Shown: positions 45,737 through 56,200 of the stretch, in pieces | How the letters are laid out: each line of letters opens with the position of its first letter | Numbering within the stretch: position 1 is the first letter of the stretch | Assembly (NCBI GenBank): GCA_037129835.1 | Contig: JBAXUE010000006.1 | Location: 6,157 to 70,156 of the forward strand | Length of the DNA: 64,000 nt | Direction of reading: 5' to 3' | From: a bacterium | GTDB lineage: Bacteria > Patescibacteriota > CPR2 > UBA1875 > CAIMLA01 | Position numbers and translations under genes: made by a program | Notes under the pieces: generated by a model | What the model was told of the DNA's origin: nothing | What the model saw: only the letters and a program-made list of their open reading frames with translations | Database searches by the model: none

Positions 45737-46798
45737 GTGGCTGAAATAAACACCCAAAACGGTAAAATAGCTGACAAGGAATCAGACAAACAATGCTACG
45801 TAAACCCAGACGATAATCATGCTTTTGCAAAAGGTGTAGAACATTTGGTCGATCCGATAAGTGTGGGTTCTCTGCACTTCATACAACAATTCAATAGATT
45901 ACTGCCAAAACCAATACAGAAGATGCTTGTAAAATCATCATCAAAAACAATCCCCTTCATGGGTTTTGTTGTAGAACCATATAGTTCCTTTCTCTTTTAT
46001 GAGATTACCGACATTGATCAGGCAAATGAATTGTTACCACCGGGCTTCAAACTCGTCAAAACTAGGGCTTTTGAAGGGGATGAACTGAAATATTACTGCA
46101 TTTTTGGTTGCTTCAGAGCTCATACAAGCGCTTTTTGGGGAGTCAGAAGCGAATTTTATATAATAGCCGAGAACGAGAAAACTGGTCTTCTCAGTTGGGT
46201 TATTGTGGATTACGATACTAATACTATCAGCTATGATGAAAAAAATGGCTTACGTGGACCAAATAGTAGCAAATCAGTAGTAACAATCAACCATCGCGGT
46301 ACTCTCTTTGTAGAGATAACCAGAGATGATGGTAGTCGCAAGCTTGCATATGACATGAACATTGAAAGAGGAAAAATGAAAAGTCTAGACCAAAGACTCT
46401 GGCTAGAAGGTAACCTCTCGATTGGATATGGTCGTAACTTATCAGATAATAATGCAGATGTTTTTTCTCTCAAATTTGAGCCATGCGAAGTAGAAAAAGC
46501 CCTCGAGATACCCGAAGACAGCTTATTACTAAAATCAAACACATGGTACCCAGGCCTATTCGCTGATAAACCGTCTCAAGTTGTTTGCTTTCCATATGCC
46601 CAACATTTTGTTTCTGATAGCCCCGGGTCTAGTAGCAACTTAAAGAATGAAGAAGAGCTAATTTCTGCGGTTAAAAAGATTAATTTCGATAATATCGAGG
46701 TTTTCTCAACCAAGTCATTCAAAACAATGTTTCTTTTGGGAATACTGGCATCGTTGACCACGACCATTATATTAATCGTCTTACTAATATTGAAATAA
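45737..46798 (+). CDS. Hypothetical protein (possibly acetoacetate-decarboxylase-like fold) with a C-terminal TM
   Basis: AAGGA RBS; LLPPGF, beta-rich pattern and hydrophobic C-terminus. Confidence 0.7.
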   Translation: MAEINTQNGKIADKESDKQCYVNPDDNHAFAKGVEHLVDPISVGSLHFIQQFNRLLPKPIQKMLVKSSSKTIPFMGFVVEPYSSFLFYEITDIDQANELLPPGFKLVKTRAFEGDELKYYCIFGCFRAHTSAFWGVRSEFYIIAENEKTGLLSWVIVDYDTNTISYDEKNGLRGPNSSKSVVTINHRGTLFVEITRDDGSRKLAYDMNIERGKMKSLDQRLWLEGNLSIGYGRNLSDNNADVFSLKFEPCEVEKALEIPEDSLLLKSNTWYPGLFADKPSQVVCFPYAQHFVSDSPGSSSNLKNEEELISAVKKINFDNIEVFSTKSFKTMFLLGILASLTTTIILIVLLILK

Positions 46799-46811
46799 AT
46801 AAGGAGTATTT

Positions 46812-47621
46812 ATGAATTTAGAAAATAAAACAATCTTAGTTACCGGTGCTGGGAGTGGTATAGGCAAAGAAGTAGTCCTGGCTTTACTCGAGAAAGGCGC
46901 TAAAGTAGCTGCGGTAGATATGCGCGAGGAAACTCTAGCGGAGCTAAAGAAAACTGTCGATAATGCAGACAAATTAAGCACGCATGTCGCCAACATATCA
47001 GACAAGAAAGCGGTAGAAGCTCTACCAAAAGATGTAATCAAAAATCAGGGCAACATCGACGGTATCATCAATGTGGCTGGAATCATTCAGCCATTTGTTA
47101 GAATAAATGACCTCGAATATGACGCCATAGAACGCGTAATGAATGTGAACTTCTACGGGACACTTTATATAGTGAAGTCGTTTTTACCATACCTTCTCAA
47201 ACGCCCAGAAGCTCACGTCGTGAATGTCTCGAGTATGGGCGGATTTCTCCCCGTACCTGGTCAAAGTGTCTACGGTGCTTCTAAGGCAGCGGTAAAGCTA
47301 CTTACCGAGGGATTGTATGCAGAGCTCAAAGATACTAACGTACACGTGTCTGTAGTCTTCCCAGGGGCCACTGAAACAAACATCGCAACCAACTCCGGCA
47401 TGATAATTCCTGAACCTTCAAAATCGGATACTAAACAACAAGAATTCCCGATGCTTCCAGCGAGTGAATGCGCGAAACAAATTATTAAAGGTATCGAAAA
47501 AAATAAACTTCAGATATTCACTGGCAAAGACTCAAATATGATGAATCTGCTTTATCGCCTCAACCCTGTCTTCGCTACAAATCTCATCGCCAAGCAGATG
47601 AAGTCACTTTTACCTAAATAG
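46812..47621 (+). CDS. Short-chain dehydrogenase/reductase
   Basis: TGAGSGIG, INVAG, NVSS and YGASK. Confidence 0.94.
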   Translation: MNLENKTILVTGAGSGIGKEVVLALLEKGAKVAAVDMREETLAELKKTVDNADKLSTHVANISDKKAVEALPKDVIKNQGNIDGIINVAGIIQPFVRINDLEYDAIERVMNVNFYGTLYIVKSFLPYLLKRPEAHVVNVSSMGGFLPVPGQSVYGASKAAVKLLTEGLYAELKDTNVHVSVVFPGATETNIATNSGMIIPEPSKSDTKQQEFPMLPASECAKQIIKGIEKNKLQIFTGKDSNMMNLLYRLNPVFATNLIAKQMKSLLPK

Positions 47622-47645
47622 TCGAAAATAGTTTATACTGTTAAT

Positions 47646-48368
47646 ATGAAACACAAAATACTCTGGATATACATGATTCTGTCATTCATTGGTTTATCAC
47701 TTTTTTACTATTATATTCATATACAAGAGCTCGATAAAACATTTCTAACTATTTCGACTTTCGTTTTTTCTATCTTTATGGGTTTTTTCATCTCAAGACA
47801 AGATGGTCGCTACGACAAAATAAGACAAAACCTTTCACAGTTTGATGGTGATATGTCCTCAATATATCGTGCCCTGTGTCACCTAGGGCCAGACGTACAA
47901 GATCGTGCAGGAGAGATAATAAAAAGACATTATGATAATGTCATCGGTAATGATTCTTGGGACTGTCATATTATACGGGAATCAACAACAGTGACTGATC
48001 TACATGAACTCGTAGAAGATGTGGCTTCTGATAAAAAACTTTCTAATCTTCAAAATACCACCGTAATGAGAGTATTACTCGCCCTTCATGACTTACAAAT
48101 TACTAGGAAAGGATTTATTGCCAGCTATCAAGAGAGACTACCGAAAGTCCAGTGGCTCCTAGTGGATGTTCTTGCCCTAATCGTCCTTATAAATATTTCA
48201 GCAATTTTTTCACAGTATCTAGTATTTACCTCACTCCTAAAGGCCACTTTCGGCACAGCTATAGTCCTTACCTTATTGTTATTACAGCAGCTAGACAACC
48301 TTGCCTTATTTGAAGGTGCTGTAGGAGAAGACTCTGCAAAGGATGTTGTAAATATTATTAGAGAATAG
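47646..48368 (+). CDS. Membrane protein (DUF4239/bestrophin-like layout)
   Basis: 2 TM - helical loop - 2 TM; QLDNL near the end. Confidence 0.65.
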   Translation: MKHKILWIYMILSFIGLSLFYYYIHIQELDKTFLTISTFVFSIFMGFFISRQDGRYDKIRQNLSQFDGDMSSIYRALCHLGPDVQDRAGEIIKRHYDNVIGNDSWDCHIIRESTTVTDLHELVEDVASDKKLSNLQNTTVMRVLLALHDLQITRKGFIASYQERLPKVQWLLVDVLALIVLINISAIFSQYLVFTSLLKATFGTAIVLTLLLLQQLDNLALFEGAVGEDSAKDVVNIIRE

Positions 48369-48376
48369 GAGAAAAT

Positions 48377-48556
48377 ATGGGTGGACCAGATTTTTTAGGG
48401 ACTAGTGGGTTCAACGAATTTATGCATCGTCAAAAAGATGCTGAAGAAGCAGAAGAATTATCTAAGAAGCACAACAAGGCTAAATCAGATAAATCAAAAA
48501 TCATTCAAGAGGTAGATACCGACGAAGAATCCGAAGACACCGAAGAAGACGATTAG
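48377..48556 (+). CDS. 59-aa acidic-tailed hypothetical protein (not in the ORF track)
   Basis: AGGAGA RBS; MGGPDFLGTSGFNEFMHRQK...DEESEDTEEDD. Confidence 0.6.
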   Translation: MGGPDFLGTSGFNEFMHRQKDAEEAEELSKKHNKAKSDKSKIIQEVDTDEESEDTEEDD

Positions 48557-48576
48557 TTCTTTTGGTAGTGCCTACA

Positions 48577-49158
48577 TTATTTGAATGAGAGAACGGCTGC
48601 TAATTGCTTGTCTGCCTCTAATGTTCCATTTATTGTTCCGCTATAGTTGGTGACAATATACCAGTTTCCACCCTTAAGTACATTTAGTTGGCCGTATTCA
48701 GGACTATAATAAGCCGAATCTCCTAAACCGCTTACATTTTCTACGCCCGTGGGCCTCTTGTCACCAAACTGATCTTTGTTTGTTGTAGCCCCTGCTTTAG
48801 TGAGAGCCGCTCTAACGAGGACATTGGTACCTTTTTTATTGCTGATACTTATCTTGCCTGCGGGATCTATCTTGGTTGTATAGACACAATCACTTACAGT
48901 CACGTCCTTTGTAGCTGCTTGAGTTGTTTGAATATTCCCCCGCTCAGCCGTATCACCTAGAATGTTCTTAGCAATATCTGCAGTCAATACTTCACAGGCA
49001 TTCACACTCCCAAGTGTACTATTGCCCGTTTTTACCTCAGTACTACTTCCGGTGCTAGTGTTGGTCACCGTGGCCCCCTTATTTGTAAAAATAAATATTG
49101 CAGTTATCCCACCGACTACGATGACTCCACCGACTAACCATATTGCGAATTTGTTCAT
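48577..49158 (-). CDS. Membrane-anchored DUF3558-like secreted protein
   Basis: TM helix; ACEVLT, CVY and VSGLGDSAYY; AAGGAG RBS. Confidence 0.7.
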   Translation of the reverse strand: MNKFAIWLVGGVIVVGGITAIFIFTNKGATVTNTSTGSSTEVKTGNSTLGSVNACEVLTADIAKNILGDTAERGNIQTTQAATKDVTVSDCVYTTKIDPAGKISISNKKGTNVLVRAALTKAGATTNKDQFGDKRPTGVENVSGLGDSAYYSPEYGQLNVLKGGNWYIVTNYSGTINGTLEADKQLAAVLSFK

Positions 49159-49254
49159 TATTACTCCTTTCATTTTGCATATTATACACCATAGTATACC
49201 ACCGACTATTCGAACCTTTAGTATTTCATGTGGGAAATATGATAATATATTCCC

Positions 49255-49755
49255 ATGAAACCAATATTTACAGAAATAGTTGATTGGAATGGGCTAAATA
49301 TTCATCGTGAGTTTTATCCCACTGATAATTTTGACCAAATTCCAAAAAACAAAGCTTTCCAATCTCAAGCTGTTTGTTTTGTAAATTCAGAAGAAATTGC
49401 CATATTTGAGGATACTGACGGACATAGAGGAATGCCCGGAGGCCATATAGAAACTGGCGAAAACTATGAAGAAACACTGGAAAGGGAAATTTTCGAGGAG
49501 TCCGCATGTGTTCTTATCGACTGTGGACCAACTTGTTATATAAAAGAGTGGGATGAAAAAACTCCAAATATTGTCAGCTATGGCCTGCGATACTGGGCAA
49601 CGGTAAGAGCTCTGGACCAAGATGTAAAAGACCCTTGTTGCCCTGGTCGCGAGAGAAGAATTGTAAAACTCAACAAAGCCGATTCATATCTTGGTTGGGG
49701 ACGATCAGGGGAAATTCTCTTAAATCTTGCTAAATCCAAAGTAAAATTCAAATAG
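49255..49755 (+). CDS. NUDIX hydrolase
   Basis: PGGHIETGENYEETLEREIFEES Nudix box. Confidence 0.88.
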   Translation: MKPIFTEIVDWNGLNIHREFYPTDNFDQIPKNKAFQSQAVCFVNSEEIAIFEDTDGHRGMPGGHIETGENYEETLEREIFEESACVLIDCGPTCYIKEWDEKTPNIVSYGLRYWATVRALDQDVKDPCCPGRERRIVKLNKADSYLGWGRSGEILLNLAKSKVKFK

Positions 49756-49766
49756 TAAACGTAATT

Positions 49767-50909
49767 TTACTTTAGCCAAACAAACATATTTGTAAGAAGT
49801 TTATATCTTTCTTCTGAGTCTTTTATCATTATAATCTCAAAAAGTCCCTTTTCTCCAGATTGCTCGACGATTTTATCTACCATAAATCTTCCGATATCAT
49901 AAACTCCACGACCTCCCTTGTTATGGTATTTTTCTAAATCCTTAACGGTTATAGTCTTTACTGGCGGCTTATTTTGCTTCGCTATATAGCAGGCCACACC
50001 TTCATTCAACCACACAGGGGAACCGCCAGAAGTTAGCTTTCTGAAATATATATGGCTTATTTCATGTTTTAGAACATGTTCGAAGTCTGATGCTGGATGA
50101 CAAGAATCTGTTTCGAACATATCTTTTTTTAGTATAAAAACGGTTTTCCCAATCGTGAAACCAACCATCCAATCTTCTGTTTTCCCACCCTTGATCTCAT
50201 CGTATTCTTCTCTTGAACGGATTTCATAAACAACAACCTTTATCTCAGGAATTCCATAAAATTCAGCTACCTCTTTGTTAAATTTAGTGATAAGTGGATT
50301 TGGTTTATTGTGTTTTGTTTTTTCGAATTCTAGATGTTCCCAGCCTACCTTTTGTAATAAGTCGCTACTTGGAGGTTCTTTTTGATATGATATCCAAGGG
50401 AAACAGCTGTTCAGTTCTGCACTTTCGTTCAAAAGGTAATCTACCAGACTCTCTTTTTCCCATTGTGATAATTTATATTTCTCGACCACTGGCTGCTCTA
50501 TCACAATGTGGACAAGCTCGTGAACAACAACTTGAGTTAAGTCGTTATAGTTACGAAGATTTAACACAATAGTCCCAGGAAGATTATATGAACCGCCCAT
50601 CCCATAATGTGTAAGAACAATATTGAGTTTTTTTGGCTTTTTATATGGCAAGTTTTCGAGAAATGCTTCCACCTTTTCCTGAGATGTATTCCAACCATCG
50701 GTTATATGTTTCTCAACTTTCTTGGCGGCGGTTTCGTCAAATTCCGTTTCCACTTGTTTTTTTGCCTTTGATAAATCAAAATTGTCAAAATTAATACCAT
50801 CAGGAAAACGGGGTTGATAACCATTTTTTATAAAGAAATCTTTCCTCTTAAATGTATCTTCTACCCTTTTGAACTCGCGCTCTAATGTATATGTGAAAGT
50901 TAATTTCAT
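49767..50909 (-). CDS. Tandem double gluzincin-like metallopeptidase protein
   Basis: VHELVH...KESLV and KHEISH...WLNEGVA. Confidence 0.75.
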   Translation of the reverse strand: MKLTFTYTLEREFKRVEDTFKRKDFFIKNGYQPRFPDGINFDNFDLSKAKKQVETEFDETAAKKVEKHITDGWNTSQEKVEAFLENLPYKKPKKLNIVLTHYGMGGSYNLPGTIVLNLRNYNDLTQVVVHELVHIVIEQPVVEKYKLSQWEKESLVDYLLNESAELNSCFPWISYQKEPPSSDLLQKVGWEHLEFEKTKHNKPNPLITKFNKEVAEFYGIPEIKVVVYEIRSREEYDEIKGGKTEDWMVGFTIGKTVFILKKDMFETDSCHPASDFEHVLKHEISHIYFRKLTSGGSPVWLNEGVACYIAKQNKPPVKTITVKDLEKYHNKGGRGVYDIGRFMVDKIVEQSGEKGLFEIIMIKDSEERYKLLTNMFVWLK

Positions 50910-50979
50910 AGAGTTAGTATATCACTTATTATTAAATATGTGGTTATTCTACATTACTAATTTATGATAAAATCTATCT

Positions 50980-51534
50980 ATGAATCTAATATTTATTTAT
51001 GGCCCACCCGCAGCTGGCAAACTCACAGTAGCAAAAGAGATTGCCAAAAAGCTAGATTATCGTGTTTTTATGAATCATACACTAGTAGGATCTATTGCGT
51101 CTGTTTTCCCTTTTGAAGACACCACGCCTGACAAGAAGGGTAAAGATGATTTACTAAGGAATAAACTTGCCAGAAAGTTTCGAGTAGAAATATTTAAAGA
51201 AGCAGCAAAAAATAATATTAACGTTATTACCACCTATGGTGGAGGTGGCGTAAATAATTCGACTTTTTTTGACGATACGATAAAATCAGTAGAAAAGGCT
51301 CGAGGAAAAGTTTATTTTGTTCATTTGATACCTAACGAGGAGTCGATACTCGAGAGAGTCGAGTCCCCCACTCGCAAAGGTCAAAAGATTGATAACAAAA
51401 ATTTCCTAAAGAAAAAGTTAATCGCTTACAATTATTATGATAAATATACTGGCTCTGATCACCTAGATATTGATAATTCAAACATGCTTCCCGAAGAAGT
51501 AGCGAATCAAATTATAAAATACTATAAATTATAA
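50980..51534 (+). CDS. P-loop kinase (AAA_33/shikimate-kinase-like)
   Basis: IYGPPAAGKLT, RVESPTR and IDNS. Confidence 0.85.
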   Translation: MNLIFIYGPPAAGKLTVAKEIAKKLDYRVFMNHTLVGSIASVFPFEDTTPDKKGKDDLLRNKLARKFRVEIFKEAAKNNINVITTYGGGGVNNSTFFDDTIKSVEKARGKVYFVHLIPNEESILERVESPTRKGQKIDNKNFLKKKLIAYNYYDKYTGSDHLDIDNSNMLPEEVANQIIKYYKL

Positions 51535-51622
51535 AATATACTAAAAATACGATTTGTTTAATAGATATTCCTAGGCTCTTCATAACTTTGTAATAAAATA
51601 TTTAATGTAATATAATTTTAGT

Positions 51623-52753
51623 ATGAGTGAGGGAATGGGTCCGGGGCCCGAGTCTTTCGGCCTCCGTGAAAAAAAAGAGAAAAAAGAAACATTTGAGTTG
51701 GCAGAGACTATCATTCGTCCTGAGAAAAACCAATCATCTTGTGATATCCCCACACAGCTACCAGAAATTTCGATCGAACAACCCGATATCATTCGTAAAA
51801 GATTAGCCCTAGAAAGACTTAGGTCTAAAGAAGCTGGCAATATCGCTCCTATTGTTTTTGCTTACTCCTCTGGTTTACTTTTAGAGTTCACTCCCATCTT
51901 TGACGGGCTACCCTCGATAGAATCATTTATTGGTACCTATTCTGCCAAGATGATTATTCCAAATGAATATGATAAGGATCACAATACCAATATCGAAACG
52001 ACTCAAGAACTTCGGGAAATAACCAGAGACGGCACAAGCCTGATGTTGGAACCAGACATAATCAAACCTACCCTAAGCCAAGAAGCAAAAAACGAACTTT
52101 CCTATTCCCAGAATGTCGAATATATTCTATCCGACAGATTTTCTGTTTCCTACGATGTACTTTCGTCGATATGGCTTATTTCCGTAGACACAGCAGCTTT
52201 GGAAAATTCAGAAAGAAATATATTACCAATATTTCACGAACTGGGTCATATACCATATATGGATATCGAGGGAGATATACTAGAAATCGCGATAACAAAA
52301 GCAGGAGAATCAAACACAAGGATTGATTATTCATGGTTAAATGACACGATAGCGGGCTCAGATAAACTCACCGATTCTATCGCAAAAGATATCCTTTTAC
52401 TAGATCCGGATACAGTAACATCGATTAAGCAATTTCTTGAAAGAAAAAGCTTTATTAACGACAATTCTATGTCCGCCACAAAAGCTCTGACCAGGGAGCT
52501 TAATATTACTGAAGACAAAAACTCTAAAGAGAAACAAAAAGCACTTGAATCTATTATCAATAAACTTTCTATATTTTCAGAAAGAATAGCCTCTGCAAAA
52601 GCGCTCGCAATCGCTCATCGTTTGGGTCAAAAAGAGCATGGTGAGATCAACTTTGAGTTTGATACAGCTCGCGACATGATTGCTTTTTTCCATAAAGCCC
52701 TCGAAAGTTATGCCAAGATAAATAATGAACCTAGATATCATACAGGTTTCTAA
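51623..52753 (+). CDS. Hypothetical protein with an HExxH motif
   Basis: FHELGH ... ERIA; TATAAT 6 nt before the ATG. Confidence 0.7.
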   Translation: MSEGMGPGPESFGLREKKEKKETFELAETIIRPEKNQSSCDIPTQLPEISIEQPDIIRKRLALERLRSKEAGNIAPIVFAYSSGLLLEFTPIFDGLPSIESFIGTYSAKMIIPNEYDKDHNTNIETTQELREITRDGTSLMLEPDIIKPTLSQEAKNELSYSQNVEYILSDRFSVSYDVLSSIWLISVDTAALENSERNILPIFHELGHIPYMDIEGDILEIAITKAGESNTRIDYSWLNDTIAGSDKLTDSIAKDILLLDPDTVTSIKQFLERKSFINDNSMSATKALTRELNITEDKNSKEKQKALESIINKLSIFSERIASAKALAIAHRLGQKEHGEINFEFDTARDMIAFFHKALESYAKINNEPRYHTGF

Positions 52754-52756
52754 ACA

Positions 52757-53212
52757 ATGAAAATTAGAAAAACTACAATAAAAGATAACGTCGTGTGTCT
52801 TAAAATAGCTAAGGCACTACCAGAATGGTTTAACGAAAAGGGTATCTTAGAAATAGTCGAAGACCTTTCTAGTTTAACAACTTATGTATTTGAGGAAGAC
52901 AAAATACTAGCCTATGCCTGTATAAAGAACAAATCTGATAAAGTAGTAGAAATTAAACAATTGGCTGTTGATAGAGATAGCCAACGACATGGCATCGGAA
53001 CCGAGTTAATAGCCTATATCGCAAAAGTTGTTGCTCCTGGCAAAATTATCGAAGTAAAAACCCTAGATGAATCTTGCGAATATAAACCTTACATAGAAAC
53101 TAGGTCCTTTTACGAAAAGAATGGATTTATTAAAATAGAAGTAATAGACCCTTATCCTGAATGGGGCGAGGGCAATCCCTGTGCTATTTATATTAAATAT
53201 CCACTAAAATAG
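52757..53212 (+). CDS. GNAT-family N-acetyltransferase
   Basis: LAVDRDSQRHGIGTELI, VKTL and FYEKNGF. Confidence 0.9.
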   Translation: MKIRKTTIKDNVVCLKIAKALPEWFNEKGILEIVEDLSSLTTYVFEEDKILAYACIKNKSDKVVEIKQLAVDRDSQRHGIGTELIAYIAKVVAPGKIIEVKTLDESCEYKPYIETRSFYEKNGFIKIEVIDPYPEWGEGNPCAIYIKYPLK

Positions 53213-53213
53213 A

Positions 53214-56200
53214 TCATTTCCCAATAAACCTATCACCGAGCTTCCCAAAGAACTGATTTAGTTTCCCAGTCCAAGCGAAAGTTTCTTCTAATGATTTAAG
53301 AATCAGTTGAAGGATTGATTTCTCTTTAGTTGGTGTTACAAAGGTATAATCTTGAGATTCAGTAATATTAGTTCTTTTGTCTTTAGAAATCATCTTATAA
53401 TGATAAGACGAAGCAGGTTTGAGACCTTTAATTATAACGGTATGTGAGTTATTAAGTGACGTGTCTTCATTTGACTCATTTGAATAATCTCCCCCAAGGA
53501 TCCCTTCACCGTATTTCACTTGTGTAGACGCAGGCTTATTGGTCTGCCAAGAAACTATAATAGAAGACGTAGTGTCGTTTTCTCCCATCGGTAGGATGTC
53601 TACTTTGGCATTGGTAATCTTCGGTCCTTCGGTATCTAAGGGCGTTCTTACTATCTTGTCAGTATCTGCGACTTCATTACCAGTTTCGTCTTTGGCAAGG
53701 ATTTGATAGTGATACTCTTGGTTATCTAGAAGGTTTTCAATCTTAACTTGATGGACTTTAGATACTCCGGTAGTCCCTTTCTTCTCGCCATAATTGGTAG
53801 TGGTACCCCAGTTGATGATTGTTTCAGTATCGACGTTGGTTTCCCAAGCTACTGTAACAGAGTAAGGAGTGATATCTTTCACTGACATGTTAGATATCTT
53901 TGGTTTTAAAACAGCGGTAAATGAGTATTCTTGAGAAGTATACTCTACCTCGTTAGCATCTTTAACTCTAACTCTATAGTAGTATTTGGTACCGGGTATT
54001 AGACCTTCGATCACCACTACATGAGAGCCGACTAGGTCATTATTACCTGCAGCGCCGTCATAGACTCCAGATGTAGTGGAGTAATCTACCCATGAGGTGG
54101 TAGGACTCTCTGTCTGCCAGACTATTTGTGCTGTTGTGGCTGTAATATTACGTTCTGCGACATTTGATGATGCTGGGGCTAGAGTGAACTGAGCTGAATC
54201 AAATGATTTGGTCTTGAATGTTGCAAATTCACCGGCTGGGTATTCGGCAAGATAGCCATCTTCTGAAATAGATTTGATCTTATAGGTATAGGTTCTAGCC
54301 GATCTTAATCCCTTGATCACCACTTTATGGTTTCTTGGACTTGAAGAAAGTGCAGCAGGTTCGACACCAGCTGTTCCACCTTGAGCATCGTCGCCTGGTT
54401 GTTTTTGCAATTGATACTCCACAAAAGCAGATGAGGCGTCAAGATTTGTGGCCCAAGCTATAGTAGTTGTAGAAGTGGTGGATGATACTGCGCCTGCTGT
54501 GATATTGAAGCCGGTGGTGGTGAGAGAAGGAAGCTGTGCTCCTTCTGCTGATACTGGGTTACCCAATGCGTTACCCGATGCAATAATATAATCATATGTA
54601 GTATTTGGACTAAGTCCAAAGAGCTCTACTGTGTGGTTTTGAACCATCCCCAGTCCTCTGCTATTATCACCTACACCTATTTGCTTATATGGATCACCGC
54701 TTCCAGATTTTCTAAAAGATACCATAGAGTCGCAATCTTGATCCGTTGTCCAAGTTACAGTGGCCGTTGCTACACCAACACTAGTTAAAATTGCTTTAAG
54801 CCCATTATGTTGATCTAGAATACTTGGTTTCGCTATGTATGGGTTAAGAGAAACTGATACAATCTTGCCGTCACTGCCAATATCGGGTTTCGATTCATTG
54901 AAATAGTTCGGATTGATGATGGTGTTTTGGTTTGGTGCGTTGTACTTATAAGTATCTCCAGAATCATCAGAAGCGGTAACGTGATAATAAAAGAACTTAT
55001 CTGACTCTGCCTGAGACCTAGGAATAAGATCCATATAATAGTTATTTGTTAGGGCTATCTCTTTGTCTGCATCATAAAGAGGGTTTGGATACTGGGTAGT
55101 ACAAGAAGGCAATAAAATAGTTGTTGTACCATTCTGACATATTTGTTCCCAAAGACTTCCGTCATTGATCGAGCGATATATCTTATACTCCTTAAAATCG
55201 TTAACCCCATTTCTAAGTGGAGTGGCTATCCTGGCCCAAGTGATGATATTTCTTCTGAAGTTGGTACCATCATCATGGATATCTTTAACCTTAACTAGCG
55301 AAGGAAGAGCCGGAGCAGTAGCATCTGGGGTGGTATCCCAACCAAGGTGAAGGGTACCAGGAGCAACAACAGAAAGACCAGAAAAAAGATTAGATTGAGA
55401 CGGTTGATTCGGTACAACAGTATTATCCTGGGCCCAAACACGATAATAGTAAGTAGTGGAATCCGTCAGGTTTATGTCAGTTATGGTGTGCGGAACTGTT
55501 CTGTCGTCTGGTGTCGGGGTAATATTTATAGTCTGTATTTTTGTAGCAGTATTTACTCTGACCCAACAATCTGATACTTTTTCTCCTGGGTTACAATTCC
55601 CGGCGATATTGGTGGTTGTCCTGTATACTTCGTATTTAACGATTTTATTAGAATATGAACTTGAACCAGTAAATGTTACTTCGGCTGTATGTCCGACAGC
55701 ATTATTTGTATTTGGGTCTCCCTTTGTGGTCACAACATCGATGTTTGCGGGGACACTAGGAACTTTTGAAGAATAAGTTACAACACTTGAAGTTTCAGAT
55801 AAGTCTGAAAGTACTGATTCTTTGGGAACACTATCATAGGCAGAAACGCGATAATAGTAATTAGTAGTATCGGCTAAACCTTCATCATTAAAGCTTGTAG
55901 CTGTAGTGGTTTTGATTGGAGCAATATCCCATGGACCGAGATCCGAAGTAGACCGATAGACATGATAGGTAATAGTCCCAGGTACGATATCTTCACTTCT
56001 GGCTTTGTAATCATTCGATGCACCCCAAGAAACATTAATCATCTGACTCTCGTTGGAATTATCTAGCCCTTGTGCGTTTGCAACCACATTGTTTGGCACA
56101 GTTGGTGCCGTAACATCTGGAGTGCCTGGAGTAGTTCGGGCAAAGTTCTGGTCTGGGGAAACAAAATTTGAATCACCAGATGCAGGTACGAGTGAAGTCT

